Assembly: GCA_002347605.1 (NCBI GenBank)
Contig: DDXN01000001.1
Coordinates: forward strand, 9,701-73,700
Origin: Candidatus Dojkabacteria bacterium UBA2259
GTDB taxonomy: Bacteria; Patescibacteriota; Dojkabacteria; SC72
Reading direction: 5' to 3'
Length of the DNA stretch: 64,000 bases
The translations under genes and the position numbers were made by a program. The notes under the pieces were generated by a model, which saw only the letters and a program-made list of their open reading frames with translations, made no database searches and was not told the origin of the DNA. Positions 1 through 9,417 of the stretch are shown piece after piece. Each line of letters begins with the position of its first letter. The first letter of the stretch is position 1.

Positions 1-133
1 AGAGAGAAAGAGAGGAATACAAATGTAGTTTTTGTGGGAGAGTACCTTACTGATGTAAAAAAGATTGTAGAAAATACAAAAGGGCTCCATATGAAAGAAC
101 CCTTTAATATCTATATCCTTGTACTATTTGAAC

Positions 134-2395
134 CTATTCCGTAGCTTCGTCTATCTCCTCTATTTCTTCTACATTGATATCAGCACCTAACTCTTTAAGT
201 GAGTTTACAATACTTTCATATATCTCACCTGTATCCTGTTTGTTTACTTCTAGAATCTCTTTTGCTGCTTCAAGATAGGCTATAGAATTCTCTTTATCCC
301 CCTGCTCATTTAATATACTTGCTGAAAGGACAAGAGATGGAACATGTTGACGATTAATTGTCAACACAGTATTAAATGCAGACAGAGCCTTCTCGTAATC
401 TTCTTTTACCATATATATCTGACCTGCCTTGTAGTATGAATCATAATCCAAAGGATTAATATTTACAGAATTTTGAAGTGCACTTAATGCATCTTCGCTG
501 TAATCAGATAGACCCACACCAATTAAACCAACATATACTGATGCTCTAGTGTTCCAGTTAGCATATGTAAGTGGAGATGTTTTTACGGCTTCCTTAGATA
601 GATCTATTGCAGTATTTTTCCAAAGAGTAATACTTGATAAAATACCGTCTTTAGTAGTATCCTCTGCATCTTCGTATTGTTCACTCAAGAGTCTTACTAT
701 TTCAAGAGATACTAAACTTGCTTTTCTGTTAACATATGGATCCTTTGCATCATACTGAAGAGCTTTGTCATAGTACCCCGCCATCCTTTCCAGATACTCC
801 TCTCTAACATCCATTGGCACTTCTCCTTCATAATCTGCATACTCTGCATTCTTCTCAAGATTATATGACTCTGCCCTTACTACGTAAGCAACACTCATTG
901 TTTTGACAAAGAGAAACACCATCCCTGCAGTAACCATAAGAGTAACAAGAATTGTAAAGAACCAATTAATACCCTCCATTGTCTTGTTAATATTCTTTGT
1001 TTCTTTCCCAACATTTACAGCCCAGAACTTGAGAATAAACTCTTCATTATTATCCTCTTTGTTATTAAAGACTATTAGAAGTAATGTTGATACAAACAGA
1101 AGGAAGTAAATCAAGAAAGAGAAAGGCAAGAATATTGATCCTAAGAATATGAATAGACTGTTTAGACCAAGTAAAAATACTAATGTACCTCTTTCGCTTT
1201 TTGCGGAGGCAATCTGTTTGATGAGAAGTTTTAGGTATGAAAGACCCAAGATTACCCATACAGTAACACCAATTAACCCTCGATTAGCTAGAACCGTAAA
1301 GACTTCATTCGAACCAGAAACAAAGGTAGTATTACCAAGTGCAATAACCCCATCGGTAGAAGGTTTAAATAGGTTGTATGCAATACCAAATGAATCATTC
1401 CCTAAACCAATCAGACCTCTTAGAAAATCATTCACTATTGAGGAACTGGCAACTACCCAAGATATATCAGCACCTAATCGAATTGGATTTAATGTACTAA
1501 AGGTATCTCCCAATATTGATTTAATAAAGGACTCATATTGGAATCCAATACTAAAAGCAAGAGAAAGGGCAGAGAACGCAAACAACAAAATTGGAATAGC
1601 CTTAAGTGATTTCTCAAGCTTTAACCAAAGTAGTATACATACAGGTATCATTACAACAAAGAATAGTACTGGTATCAAGGCACCCTGACTAACTGAGAAC
1701 ATAGTTAAAGAGAGAAATGAAACAACTAAAGCAACAATAGGGTATATTATTGCTTGGATTTTTTTCTTCTGAATGAAATTGATTAACAAGAAAACATTAA
1801 GAAATATTGAAACACCCGAAAGTAGCATTATCTCTTGAAATGAGAAAGTTAGTGGTAATCCAACTACAAAGAAATTTTTTACATATGGAATCCAACCAAA
1901 CACATTAACTTTTAACATTGATAATGCACTTATTCCAATAAGGGAAAGTAAACCAAGAGAAAGTGCTGTAACAGCTTTTACTATCTCTGACTTCTTCTGA
2001 AGAAAACCTCTTGATAGATAGAAGAAAAGGAAAAGGAATATCATTACAAAGAATCCTGTCCCAAACCTCCCATCATAACCCCACATGGACATCCATGGAT
2101 CCCTTGCAAACACCGTTGATAGCAGGAAAGAGATTAAAAGAAGGAGAAATATCTTATCCAGTGAAGATTTAACAATAGATATTTTACCATCCCAAATCCA
2201 CTTAATAATCTCTAGAAGAATTATTAAAGAGGAAAGGAATATAAAGACAATACCCTTTATCTTCTCTGTTGAATCGTATGGTAGGGGAATAATAAACCAT
2301 GGAATCACAAAGAGTGTGATGTAAAGTACAATCCTTTGTAATTTCGAAATCATATCGAATACAGAAGATATAGATGTGTTTTTCTCTTCAGACAT
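134..2395 (-). CDS. Polytopic membrane protein, O-antigen ligase/Wzy-like N-terminal domain (about 12 TM helices) fused to C-terminal TPR repeats
   Basis: 753-aa ORF. The N-terminal ~430 aa is a run of hydrophobic helices typical of the O-antigen ligase family. The C-terminal ~250 aa carries TPR-like repeats (e.g. YYDKALQYDAKDPY, YYKAGQIYMVKEDYEKALSAFNTVL). Family assignment is by pattern only. Confidence 0.55.
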   Translation of the reverse strand: MSEEKNTSISSVFDMISKLQRIVLYITLFVIPWFIIPLPYDSTEKIKGIVFIFLSSLIILLEIIKWIWDGKISIVKSSLDKIFLLLLISFLLSTVFARDPWMSMWGYDGRFGTGFFVMIFLFLFFYLSRGFLQKKSEIVKAVTALSLGLLSLIGISALSMLKVNVFGWIPYVKNFFVVGLPLTFSFQEIMLLSGVSIFLNVFLLINFIQKKKIQAIIYPIVALVVSFLSLTMFSVSQGALIPVLFFVVMIPVCILLWLKLEKSLKAIPILLFAFSALSLAFSIGFQYESFIKSILGDTFSTLNPIRLGADISWVVASSSIVNDFLRGLIGLGNDSFGIAYNLFKPSTDGVIALGNTTFVSGSNEVFTVLANRGLIGVTVWVILGLSYLKLLIKQIASAKSERGTLVFLLGLNSLFIFLGSIFLPFSFLIYFLLFVSTLLLIVFNNKEDNNEEFILKFWAVNVGKETKNINKTMEGINWFFTILVTLMVTAGMVFLFVKTMSVAYVVRAESYNLEKNAEYADYEGEVPMDVREEYLERMAGYYDKALQYDAKDPYVNRKASLVSLEIVRLLSEQYEDAEDTTKDGILSSITLWKNTAIDLSKEAVKTSPLTYANWNTRASVYVGLIGVGLSDYSEDALSALQNSVNINPLDYDSYYKAGQIYMVKEDYEKALSAFNTVLTINRQHVPSLVLSASILNEQGDKENSIAYLEAAKEILEVNKQDTGEIYESIVNSLKELGADINVEEIEEIDEATE

Positions 2396-2439
2396 TTTAG
2401 GACAGTAATTAATTTATCTTAGAGTATATGCTAACAGAA

Positions 2440-2470
2440 AATTGAGGGGGCTCCAAGCCCCCTTTAATTT
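2440..2470 (-). terminator. Rho-independent terminator-like GC hairpin downstream of dnaK
   Basis: GGGGGCT-cca-AGCCCCC perfect 7-bp stem at 2446-2462, flanked by T/A-rich runs on both strands. GC-rich hairpins are rare in this AT-rich sequence. It sits directly 3' of the dnaK stop on the minus strand. Confidence 0.5.
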
Positions 2471-4396
2471 TTATTCAACTACTTCTCCCTCTTTGACATC
2501 CTCGTCCTTTTTTTTGTCATCATCATCACCCTTCTTCTCCTTGTCATCATCATCTTTCTTCTCTTCCTTTTTAGAAGAGTCTGCTGATGCTTTCTCATAC
2601 ATTTTTTTACTAACCTTTTGCATCTCCTCTGTTAGTTTCTCTACTTTCTCTTCAACTTCTTCACTATTAAAATCGTCCTTCTCAATTAATTTCTTTACTT
2701 CTTCAACTCCTTTCTCTAACTCTTTTTTGTCATCTTCCTCAATCTTGTCTCCATTCTCTTTAAGAAGTTTCTCTATGTTGAAACATAGTGAATCTGCATT
2801 ATTTCTCTTCTCTGCCCTCTCCTTTTTCTTTTTGTCTTCATCTGCATGTTTTGCAGCCTGGGCAACCATCTCTTCAACCTCTTCGTCCTTTAACCCTGTA
2901 GATGCGGTAATAGTAATCTTTTGCTCTTTATTAGTTGCTAGATCTTTAGCGTTAACATTTAAAATACCATTAGCATCTATTGTAAAGATAACTTCAATCT
3001 GAGGGATACCTCTTGGTGCAGGTGGAATACCATCAAGTATAAATCTACCCAAAGTCTTGTTATCCTCTGCCATCTCTCTTTCTCCTTGAAGAATATGAAT
3101 CTCTACACCAGGTTGATTATCAGCAGCCGTACTAAATATCTGTTTCTTCTCAACGGGTATAGTTGTATTTCTGTCTATCAATTTAGTCATAACACCACCT
3201 AAGGTTTCTAAACCTAAAGATAGGGGAGTGACATCTAAAAGAGTAATATCTTTAACATCTCCGCCTAATACACCTCCTTGAACAGCAGCACCAATAGCGA
3301 CTACTTCATCAGGGTTTACTCCTTTGTTTGGTTCTCTGTTAAATATCTCTTTGACCTTTTTAATTACAGCCGGCATTCTAGTCATACCACCAACAAGTAA
3401 GACCTCATCAATATCCTTTGTACTTAGTTTTGCATCTTTAAGTGCTTTCTCACATGGTTTAACAGTTTTCTCTATTAAATCAGCTGTTAATTTCTCCAAA
3501 TCAGACCTATTCATCTTAACTTTAAGATGTTTTGGCCCAGAGGATGTAGCAGTAATGTATGGAATATTAATTTCTGTTTCTTCTGATGTAGAAAGTTCAA
3601 TCTTCGCTTTTTCAGCAGCCTCCTTAAGTCTTTGAAGTGCAGTCCTATCTCCTTTAAGATCTACTCCATCACTATCTTTAAAATCTTTAGCAAGCTTGTC
3701 AATTATCTTTTGATCAAAATCATCACCACCAAGATGTGTATCTCCATTTGTTGAAAGTACTTCAAATACTCCATCACCAATCTCTAACAGGGAAATATCA
3801 AATGTACCACCACCTAGGTCAAAAATAGCAATCTTTTCATCTTTGTGATTATCCAATCCATAAGCAAGAGCTGCTGCTGTTGGTTCGTTTACAATCCTTT
3901 TAACATCTAAACCAGCTATTTTACCTGCATCCTTTGTTGCTTGTCTTTGAGAATCATCAAAGTATGCTGGAACTGTAATTACAGCCTCAGTAACTTTCTC
4001 ACCCAAAAACTCTTCAGCATCTTTTTTCATCTTAGCTAATATCTTTGCTGATATCTCTTGAGGTGTGAACCAGTTATCACCCATCTTAACCTCAACACCA
4101 TCACTTTTGGATTTCCTCATCTCAAAAGGAAGTAACTCCCTATCCCTTTGGACCTCTGGATCATCCCAAGATCTACCAATTAATCTCTTAACAGAGTAGA
4201 TTGTTCCCTCTGGATTTGTAATTGCTTGGTTTTTTGCTGGAGCACCAACCAAAGTTTCTCCTTTATCATCTAATGCAACCACAGATGGAGTTAGTCTCCC
4301 TCCCTGTGCATTCGCAATAATGTTTGGCTTACCACCAGACATATATGCCATGGCACTATTAGTAGTACCTAGGTCTATTCCTATAATTTTACTCAT
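2471..4396 (-). CDS. dnaK: Molecular chaperone DnaK (Hsp70)
   Basis: N-terminus [26 protein letters not shown] and [13 protein letters not shown] are Hsp70 signatures. The C-terminus has a ~50-aa K/D/E-rich tail. Confidence 0.97.
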   Translation of the reverse strand: MSKIIGIDLGTTNSAMAYMSGGKPNIIANAQGGRLTPSVVALDDKGETLVGAPAKNQAITNPEGTIYSVKRLIGRSWDDPEVQRDRELLPFEMRKSKSDGVEVKMGDNWFTPQEISAKILAKMKKDAEEFLGEKVTEAVITVPAYFDDSQRQATKDAGKIAGLDVKRIVNEPTAAALAYGLDNHKDEKIAIFDLGGGTFDISLLEIGDGVFEVLSTNGDTHLGGDDFDQKIIDKLAKDFKDSDGVDLKGDRTALQRLKEAAEKAKIELSTSEETEINIPYITATSSGPKHLKVKMNRSDLEKLTADLIEKTVKPCEKALKDAKLSTKDIDEVLLVGGMTRMPAVIKKVKEIFNREPNKGVNPDEVVAIGAAVQGGVLGGDVKDITLLDVTPLSLGLETLGGVMTKLIDRNTTIPVEKKQIFSTAADNQPGVEIHILQGEREMAEDNKTLGRFILDGIPPAPRGIPQIEVIFTIDANGILNVNAKDLATNKEQKITITASTGLKDEEVEEMVAQAAKHADEDKKKKERAEKRNNADSLCFNIEKLLKENGDKIEEDDKKELEKGVEEVKKLIEKDDFNSEEVEEKVEKLTEEMQKVSKKMYEKASADSSKKEEKKDDDDKEKKGDDDDKKKDEDVKEGEVVE

Positions 4397-4414
4397 TATT
4401 GTATATATAAAAAA

Positions 4415-4990
4415 TTATTTACTCTTAGTAACGACCACTCTTGATGGTCGTATAACAGTATCATCTAAAACATATCCCGGTTGAATCACATCAAAAATAA
4501 CTCCTGGAGTATCTCCATCTACTACACTTAACGCCTCATGGACAGACGTATCAAATTTTGTACCTTTCTGGGGTACAAACTTTTTCAACCCAATATCCTC
4601 TAATCCTTTTTCTAAATTACTTAATATCCCAATTACACCATTAGCCCAAGAGAGTGATTTCTCATCAAAAGTAATACTCTCTTTGCTTTTAATAGCCATC
4701 GTTAAATCATCAACAACAGGTATTAATTTTTCAACCAAAGATTTCCTTGATTGTAGATACAAAAGATTTAATCTCTTTTGAGTATTAGCCTCAAGGTTAT
4801 GATAATCTGCTAATGCTTTCTTAAGCTGATTAATAATTGTCAACTTCTCATCCTCAACAGTATCAATAAGTAAAGCTAACTCTTGTATTTTCTTTTCTAA
4901 TTCAACTTCTTTTTTTACAGTCTTTTCCTTTGTAACACCTTTTGTGTTATTAATATTTTTCATAATACTTGATATATATTTTAACTCCAT
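4415..4990 (-). CDS. grpE: Nucleotide exchange factor GrpE
   Basis: 191 aa, coiled-coil N-terminal half and beta-rich C-terminus (VIQPGYVLDDTVIRPSRVVV) typical of GrpE. Sits between hrcA and dnaK as in the canonical operon. Confidence 0.85.
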   Translation of the reverse strand: MELKYISSIMKNINNTKGVTKEKTVKKEVELEKKIQELALLIDTVEDEKLTIINQLKKALADYHNLEANTQKRLNLLYLQSRKSLVEKLIPVVDDLTMAIKSKESITFDEKSLSWANGVIGILSNLEKGLEDIGLKKFVPQKGTKFDTSVHEALSVVDGDTPGVIFDVIQPGYVLDDTVIRPSRVVVTKSK

Positions 4991-5721
4991 CCTCTCATAA
5001 CATTACGCATAGAGTGTTGGACCTCTCTTAGCGCAGGAACACTTTTTGCATAATCCATTCGTTTGGAACCAATTACTCCAATATGTGCATTGCTTGTATC
5101 CCAAAATGGCAATTGTGTGAATACCATTGAACACTCTCCCAACCCCTCTATACCTGATTCTTCTCCTATGACAAGGGATACTCCAGAGCCACTGTATTTC
5201 TTCATCATATTATTTAGAAAATCACTATCTTCTAAAATATTTACTATCCTTTGTAACTTCTCCCAATCTCTTAACTCTTCATATTTAAACAGATTAGAGA
5301 TTCCCCAATATCTAGAAATATTCTCGATTACAATAAAGGCAACAGAGTCTGTTTCTTCTGAGAGTATCTTAAGTATTGAATTGATTACACTCTCTTTCGA
5401 GAATCTATCTCTAAAAATTCCCTGTCTAATTTCAACAGTAATCATTGGATTTAAAGAGCTACTACCTAATACATTCCCTACATACATTCTGAGTGCTTGA
5501 TCTGTAGGATATCTACCAGAGGAGATATGACTTTTTTCAAGTAAACCAAGCTCCATTAATCTAGACATTTCATTTCTAATTGTTGCAGAGCTAACTCCTA
5601 AGTCATATTTCTCAAGTAAAGAGAGAGACCCTATCTCATCAGCACTTTCCATAAACTCACTTATTATCGCCATTAATATCTCTCTTTGTCTTTCTGTTAT
5701 ACTTTGCATATTAGCACTCAA
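4981..5721 (-). CDS. hrcA: Heat-inducible transcription repressor HrcA (short form)
   Basis: N-terminal winged-helix region matches HrcA (TERQREILMAIISEF...ATIRNEMSRLMELGLLEKSHISSGRYPTDQALRMYV). The ORF track starts at a TTG (5721); an in-frame ATG at 5709 is the more likely start. The overlap with grpE suggests coupling. Confidence 0.85.
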   Translation of the reverse strand: MSANMQSITERQREILMAIISEFMESADEIGSLSLLEKYDLGVSSATIRNEMSRLMELGLLEKSHISSGRYPTDQALRMYVGNVLGSSSLNPMITVEIRQGIFRDRFSKESVINSILKILSEETDSVAFIVIENISRYWGISNLFKYEELRDWEKLQRIVNILEDSDFLNNMMKKYSGSGVSLVIGEESGIEGLGECSMVFTQLPFWDTSNAHIGVIGSKRMDYAKSVPALREVQHSMRNVMRGWS

Positions 5722-5737
5722 TCAGTTTACCTGCTAA
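5711..5737. promoter_or_regulatory. CIRCE-like inverted repeat (HrcA operator candidate)
   Basis: TTAGCACTC-N9-ACCTGCTAA versus consensus TTAGCACTC-N9-GAGTGCTAA. The left arm is a perfect 9/9 match and the right arm 6/9, with a perfect TTAGCA/TGCTAA core. It lies immediately 5' of, and overlapping, the hrcA start. Confidence 0.5.
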
Positions 5738-5823
5738 GAGTATATTGGTAAATTTTAAATCCGTCAAGAGCAATTGGCTATAAATTGCAAAATGCCTTCT
5801 TCTTTGCTATACTCTGACTCATT

Positions 5824-6507
5824 ATGGAAAAACTGAAACTACAAAAAAGGGAGGTCGTTGGTAAAAAAGTAAGACATCTTAGACAGAAGGGATTAACTCC
5901 AGCTGTTGTTTACAATGCAAAAGGAGAATCAATTAATACCTTAATGAGCAACTCTGATGCAGATTGGCTATACAGAAATACTACATCAACAACGATATTA
6001 GATACTCAATTAGACAAAGACTCGTACAAAACATTAGTAAAAGAATTTAGCATTAATCCTGTTACCGAGGAAATTAATCATGTATCTCTCTTTCAAATAG
6101 ATGAGAATGCTCCAATGGTATTTACAATACCTTTCAATCTTACTGGTATCTCCCCTGCAGTTAAGAATAACTTAGGAGTATTAGTAAATGTTTTGGATAG
6201 CATTGATGTAAAATGTAAACTCTCCGAATTACAACCATACATTGAGATAGACATATCAAGTCTCGAGAACGTTGGTCAGAATATAAATGTTGATGATATT
6301 AAACTTCCTAAGGGAATGAGTTTAATAAATGACGATTTAGCGAATGCTACAATCGTAACTATTACTGAGATACAAAAGATTGAGGAAGTTGAAACTCCTG
6401 TAGCAGAAGAGGGTGTTGAGGGAGAAGAGGCCTTAGCAGAAGGAGAAGTTCCTGCAGAGGGAGAGGTTCAAACACCACAATCCACACAAGAAGAAAACAA
6501 AAAGTAA
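5824..6507 (+). CDS. rplY: Ribosomal protein L25 / general stress protein Ctc
   Basis: N-terminal L25 fold (LKLQKREVVGKKVRHLRQKGLTPAVVYN), then a Ctc-like C-terminal domain and an acidic tail. Confidence 0.85.
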   Translation: MEKLKLQKREVVGKKVRHLRQKGLTPAVVYNAKGESINTLMSNSDADWLYRNTTSTTILDTQLDKDSYKTLVKEFSINPVTEEINHVSLFQIDENAPMVFTIPFNLTGISPAVKNNLGVLVNVLDSIDVKCKLSELQPYIEIDISSLENVGQNINVDDIKLPKGMSLINDDLANATIVTITEIQKIEEVETPVAEEGVEGEEALAEGEVPAEGEVQTPQSTQEENKK

Positions 6508-6547
6508 AACAGCTATTCATTTTTCCTATTTCTATATATAATCGAAC

Positions 6548-7489
6548 ATGATATCGATAGTTATTACATCTTGGAAAGAACCAGAAACAATAGGGAAATG
6601 TATAAGGTGTATTGCAGATAGAAAATACTCTGGTTTAAATAAACCTTTCGAAATACTACAGATATCTCCTGATAAAGAAACCCTAGATGCCGGATTATTA
6701 GAAGCAAAGAATCTTAATCTTTCAAATACAGAGTATATACAAATTCAAGATCCGAGAAAGGGAAAACCTTCTGCGCTTAACTTAGCTTTTAAGAAGGTAA
6801 AGGGAGAGATAATTATTCTCACTGACGGAGATACATATTTCGAAAAAGATGCAGTAAAAAATCTTCTCATACCATTTAAGAATAAAAATGTCGGGGGAGT
6901 AAGTGGAAGACCGGTATCACAAGACCCACTAAATAACATGTTCGGATACTGGGGACACCTACTCTCTGATTCTGCTCATCATAGAAGATCTCATACAATG
7001 TCTAAGGTTAAAGATACTGAGTACCATATTAGTGAGAAGACTTTTTTCCCACTGAGTGGGTATATTTCGGCTATAAGGAATTTGGAAATAATTCTACCTG
7101 AAAATGTCCTCATTGATGATGGCTACATTTCTTATGCAATCAGAAATCTTGGGTTTGAGATAGCCTATACGCCCAAAGCAATCTCTTATGTAAAATTCCC
7201 CCAGAACATGAGTGATTATATGAAACAAAAGATAAGAGATTTAAGTGGTTTCATACAATTAAAGAAATTTGGATTATTTATTAGAGATAAACAAACAAGA
7301 AGTTTCTGGATTGAACTACAATATGGATTATGGGTATTACTATATGCTAAGAATTTAAAAGAGTTTTTTTGGTCTCTCTATCTCTTTCCTATCAGACTAA
7401 TCGCATGGATTAGATCTTTTTGGAGAGCAAGAATTCTTAATCAAGATTTACCTAAAACTGGATGGGAACGCATCGAGAGTACAAAGTAG
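6548..7489 (+). CDS. Family 2 glycosyltransferase
   Basis: IVITSWKEPETIGKCIRCI and ILTDGDTYF (DxD) are GT-A/GT2 motifs. Hydrophobic C-terminal segments are present. Confidence 0.7.
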   Translation: MISIVITSWKEPETIGKCIRCIADRKYSGLNKPFEILQISPDKETLDAGLLEAKNLNLSNTEYIQIQDPRKGKPSALNLAFKKVKGEIIILTDGDTYFEKDAVKNLLIPFKNKNVGGVSGRPVSQDPLNNMFGYWGHLLSDSAHHRRSHTMSKVKDTEYHISEKTFFPLSGYISAIRNLEIILPENVLIDDGYISYAIRNLGFEIAYTPKAISYVKFPQNMSDYMKQKIRDLSGFIQLKKFGLFIRDKQTRSFWIELQYGLWVLLYAKNLKEFFWSLYLFPIRLIAWIRSFWRARILNQDLPKTGWERIESTK

Positions 7490-7565
7490 CTTCTATTTAC
7501 AATTTCAATATATACTTTAAGATATGTTATCATCCTTAATATCTAACATTTATTAGTAGAATATC

Positions 7566-8475
7566 ATATCTAAACGACCAGTTGCATTCATAACGGGAAT
7601 AACAGGCTAAGATGGATCATATTTAACAGAATTACTATTAGAAAAAGGTTATGATGTTCATGGTATGGTAAGAAAAGCCAGTAATTTCAATACTCAAAGA
7701 TTAGATTCTATCTACAAGGATCCACATGAGTTAGATTCGCATCTTTTTTTTACATTTTGGTGATTTAGCCTCTTCTTCTGTTGTCGATTATCTAATCAGA
7801 CAAATACAACCCAACGAAGTATATAATCTCGGCGCACAAAGCCCACAGAATGAAGATACTCCGTTCTATCCTAGATCTCCATATGGATGTGCGAAGTTAT
7901 TTGGGTATTGGGTTACTAAAAATTACAGAGAAAGTTTCAATATGTTCACATGTAATGAGATACTTTTTAATCATGAATTACCTAGAAGAGGAAAAACTTT
8001 TGTCTCTAGAAAAGTTACACAGGCAGTTGTAAATATCAAATTAGGTAAACAAGAATGTGTATATATGGGAAATATGGACTCCAAAAGAGATTGGGGATAT
8101 GCAAAAGATTATGTAGAAGCTATGTGGCTCATGTTACAAAGAGAAAAACCTGATGATTATGTAATATCTACAGAAGAGACACACTCTGTAAGAGAATTCG
8201 TCGAATTATCATTTAAGTATGTCGACATAGATATTGGATGGTAAGGGAAGGGGTTGGATGAGATAGGTGTAGACAAAGCAACTGGGATAACTAGAGTAAA
8301 AATTGATGAAAAATATTTTAGACCTGCAGAAGTAAATTCCCTTATGGGAGATTCTTCTAAAGCAAGAAAGCTTCTTAATTGGAAACCAAAGGTATCATTC
8401 GAACAATTAGTAGAAATGATGGTTAAGTCTGATTTAGAAAATGAGACCAAAGAGGATACAAAACATCAATTCTAA
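7566..8475 (+). pseudogene. gmd: GDP-mannose 4,6-dehydratase pseudogene (degraded start, nonsense codons, frameshift, internal deletion)
   Basis: Conceptual translation gives (I)[48 protein letters not shown]...FGDLASSS...NLGAQS/...[63 protein letters not shown]...[17 protein letters not shown]...[19 protein letters not shown]...[37 protein letters not shown]. This is a clear GMD sequence, but ATA replaces ATG at 7566 and there is an in-frame TAA at about 7608. A frame break occurs after a T-run near 7745, about 50 codons are missing after NLGAQS, and there is an in-frame TAA at about 8244. ORF-track pieces 7850-8032, 7942-8244 and 8254-8475 are fragments of this pseudogene. Confidence 0.8.
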
Positions 8476-8489
8476 TTAAGATAGGCTAA

Positions 8490-8957
8490 TTACCATCTAA
8501 AATGTGCAAATGCTTTATTCGCTTCCGCCATTCTCTCAACATCATTCTTCTTCTTAATAGCATCTCCCTCTCCGTTATATGCATTTACCATTTCAACTTC
8601 GAGTAACTTCTCAAAGGATTTACCTGTTTTTGATCTTGACATATCAACAAGCCATCTTACAGCTAAAGTCTCTTGCCTTCTTGGACTAACAGGAACTGGG
8701 ACCTGGTAGTTTGCACCACCGACTCTCCTTGATTTAATCTCAAGTGCAGGCCTAACGTTATCAATTGAGGTATGAACAAACTCAATTACAGGAGAGCTCA
8801 CTTTCTTAGCACCAGACTCAATTGCTTCATACACAAGCTCTTGGGCAATTGACTTTTTCCCTCCTTGCATAACCTTATTGATTAGTCTCCCTATAACCTC
8901 ATCGTTATACTTACTATCTTTTGCAATTATTCTTCTTTTAGATCTCTTACCTCTCAT
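8490..8957 (-). CDS. rpsG: 30S ribosomal protein S7
   Basis: MRGKRSKRRIIAKDSKYNDEVIGRLINKVMQGGKKSIAQELVY, full-length S7. Confidence 0.95.
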   Translation of the reverse strand: MRGKRSKRRIIAKDSKYNDEVIGRLINKVMQGGKKSIAQELVYEAIESGAKKVSSPVIEFVHTSIDNVRPALEIKSRRVGGANYQVPVPVSPRRQETLAVRWLVDMSRSKTGKSFEKLLEVEMVNAYNGEGDAIKKKNDVERMAEANKAFAHFRW

Positions 8958-8975
8958 TACTTATTTCTTAATATA

Positions 8976-9392
8976 TTATTCCTCTTTTGGTTTTTTGGCA
9001 CCATACTTAGATCTAGCCTTCTTTCTACCTTTTACACCAGCAGTATCATACTTACCCCTTACTACAATATATTTAACACCTGGTAAGTCTCTTTTTCTAC
9101 CTGCTTTAACCATTACTACTGAGTGTTCCTGAAGATTGTGTCCCTCACCTGGTATATATGCAGTTACTTCCATTCCATTTGAAAGCCTTACTCTTGCAAC
9201 CTTACGAAGTGCTGAGTTAGGTTTTTTAGGAGTCATAGTTTTAACTTGAATACATACAGCCCTCTTAAACGGGTTATTAACTCTTTTATACCTATTCTTT
9301 AAAGGATTAAAATTTGTAGCTAAGGCGATATGTTTCCTTTTCTCTTTCTTAGCTTCCCTAGGTTTTCTTATCAACTGATTAATAGTCGGCAT
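8976..9392 (-). CDS. rpsL: 30S ribosomal protein S12 (with N-terminal region insertion)
   Basis: [10 protein letters not shown]...[42 protein letters not shown] is the S12 core. A ~25-aa insertion follows the N-terminal segment. Confidence 0.95.
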   Translation of the reverse strand: MPTINQLIRKPREAKKEKRKHIALATNFNPLKNRYKRVNNPFKRAVCIQVKTMTPKKPNSALRKVARVRLSNGMEVTAYIPGEGHNLQEHSVVMVKAGRKRDLPGVKYIVVRGKYDTAGVKGRKKARSKYGAKKPKEE

Positions 9393-9417
9393 GGTTCGTA
9401 TTATACAACAAAATCAA

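Noticed and set aside
2442-3002. 186-aa plus-strand ORF (S/F-rich) antisense to dnaK; similar antisense ORFs occur inside rpoC, rpoB, valS, metG, rnj and others (e.g. 10099-10479, 14241-14453, 32706-33521, 39451-39843)
   Set aside because: They lie wholly inside strongly supported genes on the opposite strand and have low-complexity composition. They are artefacts of AT-rich codon bias.
7850-8475. Three separate small ORFs (7850-8032, 7942-8244, 8254-8475) as independent genes
   Set aside because: Their translations are contiguous pieces of GDP-mannose 4,6-dehydratase in shifted frames or separated by stops. They are better explained as one pseudogene.
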